A stretch of DNA of 64,000 nt from Obrimoposthia wandeli (taxonomy: Eukaryota): positions 186,001 through 250,000 of the forward strand of contig CDROCS010003797.1 in NCBI GenBank assembly GCA_977020255.1, read 5' to 3'. A program made the position numbers and the translations under genes. The notes beneath the pieces were generated by a model. That model worked only from the letters and a program-made list of their open reading frames with translations. It made no database searches and was not told where the DNA came from. Shown here one piece after another: positions 61,671 to 64,000 of this stretch. The first letter of the stretch is position 1, and each line of letters opens with the position of its first letter.

Positions 61671-64000
61671 ATGCAACTTTACGATCATACTTATCAAAAA
61701 GACAACTGTGGCTTTGGCTTAATTGCTCATCAGCATGGCGAAACAAGTCATAAACTCGTAAAGACTGCTATTCATGCACTAGATAGAATGCAACATCGTG
61801 GCGGTATTGCTGCCGACGGAAAAACCGGTGATGGTTGTGGCCTGTTAATGCAGAAGCCAGACAGCTTTTTTCGTGCCATCGCCGAAGAAAATAATTGGAA
61901 ACTAGGCAGAAAGTACGCCGTTGGCATGATTTTTCTTAATCCTGATCCAATCAAAGCTAATGCCAGTAAAAAAATCCTTGAAGAAGAGTTAGCCCTTGAA
62001 ACGTTAACGTTAATCGGTTGGCGGGTTGTTCCCACTGACATCAGCACCTTAGGTGAAATAGCAAAAGGTAATTTGCCCGGTATAGAACAAGTTTTTGTTA
62101 ATGCTCCTCCGGGCTGGCGTAACCGAGATCTAGAACGTCGACTATATATGGCACGAAGACGTGCAGAAAAACGCATCAGTGATGAGTGTTTTTATGTCGC
62201 AAGCTTATCGTGTTTAGTCACTATCTATAAAGGTTTAATGATGCCGGTAGATTTACCGAATTTTTATTTAGACCTAGCAGATATCCGTATGCAAACGGCT
62301 ATTTGTGTATTCCATCAACGTTTTTCAACGAATACCTCTCCTCAGTGGCATTTGGCGCAACCTTTCCGTTATTTAGCTCACAACGGTGAAATCAATACAA
62401 TTAAAGGCAATAGACAATGGTGTCGTGCTCGTACCAACGGCTTTCGCTCGCCATTACTACCCGATTTAAAAGATGCCGCCCCTTTTGTTAATGAAAGCGG
62501 CTCAGACTCTTCATCACTCGATAACATGTTAGAGCTTTTTCTTGCCGGTGGTATGGATCTTTATCGTGGAATGCGTCTATTAATGCCACCTGCATGGCAA
62601 AATAGCCCTTTGATGGACGATGACTTAAAAGCTTTTTACGAATTTAACTCTATGCATATGGAGCCTTGGGATGGACCAGCCGGTGTTGTAGTCACTAATG
62701 GTCGCCATGTTGCCTGTAACTTAGATCGTAATGGTTTACGCCCTGCTCGCTATGTTATTACTCGCGATGGCTTTATTACTTTAGCCTCAGAAGTCGGTAT
62801 TTGGGACTATGGCGAAGATGAGGTGATCGAAAAAGGTCGTGTCGGTCCTGGTGAAATGCTAGCAATTGATACCTATACCGGTAAAATTTTTAACTCTAAT
62901 GCTATCGATGATGAGTTAAAGGTTCGTCACCCTTACCGTGAATGGCTAGACAATAATATTCGTCGTTTAGTGCCTTTTGATAAGTTGGATGCTAGCTTAA
63001 TCGGTCAACGAGTTTTTAGTGACCAAGAAATTGCTCAATACCATAAAATGTTTAACTACAGCTATGAAGAAATTCATCAAGTAGTAAAAACATTAGCAGA
63101 AAATGGCCAAGAAGCAACGGGTTCTATGGGTGATGATACCCCGATGGCCGTGTTATCGAGTCAACCTCGTTCGCTTTATGATTACTTTCGTCAGCAGTTT
63201 GCTCAAGTAACAAACCCACCGATAGATCCACTGCGTGAGCGTTATGTTATGTCACTTGGTACCTGTATCGGTCGTGAACATAATGTTTTCAACGAAACAA
63301 CGGGCCATGCAAATCGCATTCTATTTGGCACTCCAGTACTAATGTACACAGGATTAAAACAATTACGTGAATTAGATCCTGAGCATTATCGTTCAGATAC
63401 CTTAACCTTGAATTATGATCAGGAAGAAGGGCTAGAAACCGCAATTTTACGCTTATGCGATGAAGCTGAAACGCTAGTCAGAGATAAAAACACCGTTATT
63501 CTGGTTTTGTCAGATCGCCAAATACATCAAGGCATGCTGCCTATTCCTGCTGCGATGGCGGTGGGAGCCGTACAAAAACGTTTAGTTGACCAACAACTAC
63601 GTTGCGACTCTAACATTATTGTTGAAACAGCTTCTGTACGAGATTCTCATCAATTTGCGGTACTGCTTGGTCTTGGTGCTACCGCTATTTATCCATTCTT
63701 AGCTTATGAAACGATTGAACAATTAGTTGAGCAAAAGCAAATTGATCTTACTGCTCGTCAAGCGGTAGTAAATTACCGTGAAGGTATTAATAAAGGTTTA
63801 TTAAAGATTTTATCTAAAATGGGCATCTCAACGATTGCGAGTTACCGTTGTGCTGGCCTGTTTGAAGTTATTGGTCTTAATAGCAATATCATGAAAATTT
63901 GTTTTCCTGATTTGCCTAGCCGTATTCAAGGTGCAGATTTTTCAGACATTGAACAAGACAGCATTAACCTTGCCCGTAAAGCCTTTATGCCACATCAAAA
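61671..64000 (+). CDS. gltB: Glutamate synthase large subunit (runs off the right edge; absent from the ORF track)
   Basis: Manual translation MQLYDHTYQKDNCGFG...HRGGIAADGKTGDGCG, HQRFSTNT, AHNGEINT, MEPWDGPAG, LDRNGLRPARY. Confidence 0.98.
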   Translation, partial: MQLYDHTYQKDNCGFGLIAHQHGETSHKLVKTAIHALDRMQHRGGIAADGKTGDGCGLLMQKPDSFFRAIAEENNWKLGRKYAVGMIFLNPDPIKANASKKILEEELALETLTLIGWRVVPTDISTLGEIAKGNLPGIEQVFVNAPPGWRNRDLERRLYMARRRAEKRISDECFYVASLSCLVTIYKGLMMPVDLPNFYLDLADIRMQTAICVFHQRFSTNTSPQWHLAQPFRYLAHNGEINTIKGNRQWCRARTNGFRSPLLPDLKDAAPFVNESGSDSSSLDNMLELFLAGGMDLYRGMRLLMPPAWQNSPLMDDDLKAFYEFNSMHMEPWDGPAGVVVTNGRHVACNLDRNGLRPARYVITRDGFITLASEVGIWDYGEDEVIEKGRVGPGEMLAIDTYTGKIFNSNAIDDELKVRHPYREWLDNNIRRLVPFDKLDASLIGQRVFSDQEIAQYHKMFNYSYEEIHQVVKTLAENGQEATGSMGDDTPMAVLSSQPRSLYDYFRQQFAQVTNPPIDPLRERYVMSLGTCIGREHNVFNETTGHANRILFGTPVLMYTGLKQLRELDPEHYRSDTLTLNYDQEEGLETAILRLCDEAETLVRDKNTVILVLSDRQIHQGMLPIPAAMAVGAVQKRLVDQQLRCDSNIIVETASVRDSHQFAVLLGLGATAIYPFLAYETIEQLVEQKQIDLTARQAVVNYREGINKGLLKILSKMGISTIASYRCAGLFEVIGLNSNIMKICFPDLPSRIQGADFSDIEQDSINLARKAFMPHQ

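Overview
A bacterial chromosome segment that is mostly conserved core genome. The gene set (MotX, petABC, standalone Hpt next to arcA, HemJ, FolE2) suggests a marine Gammaproteobacterium such as Colwelliaceae or another Alteromonadales lineage; this is inference only. Left to right: rpsF (partial), ydgA-like, rnr-rlmB, motX, HD-GYP, M28 peptidase, a decayed lipoprotein pseudogene, erpA/DUF6776/ClC/hemJ/pyrB/hemL, petABC-sspAB, rplM-rpsI, zapE/zapG, degQ, an inserted IorAB-type molybdoenzyme pair, degS, an ERIC-like MITE, mlaFEDCB-ibaG-murA, yrbG-kdsDC-lptCAB-rpoN-hpf-ptsN-rapZ-npr, mgtE, a five-unit hairpin tandem array, pmbA, yjgA, a lysine-riboswitch operon, a tandem DsbA-fold protein, rsmC, a histidine kinase, arcA, an Hpt protein, folE2 and gltB (partial). 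I found no tRNA, rRNA, CRISPR array, prophage or intact transposase. The best candidate for something undescribed is the lysine-riboswitch operon. It combines dapA and dapD with a non-canonical fold-III PLP decarboxylase and an AstE/AspA-family (M14) deacylase, and could encode a lysine route that bypasses DapE and DapF. That is a hypothesis. Secondary signals are a probable UTP-sensing start site at pyrB, an ERIC-like MITE with a solo end that may supply the rnr -35 box, and the heptamer-hairpin array between mgtE and pmbA. All gene calls rest on recalled motifs, not database searches.
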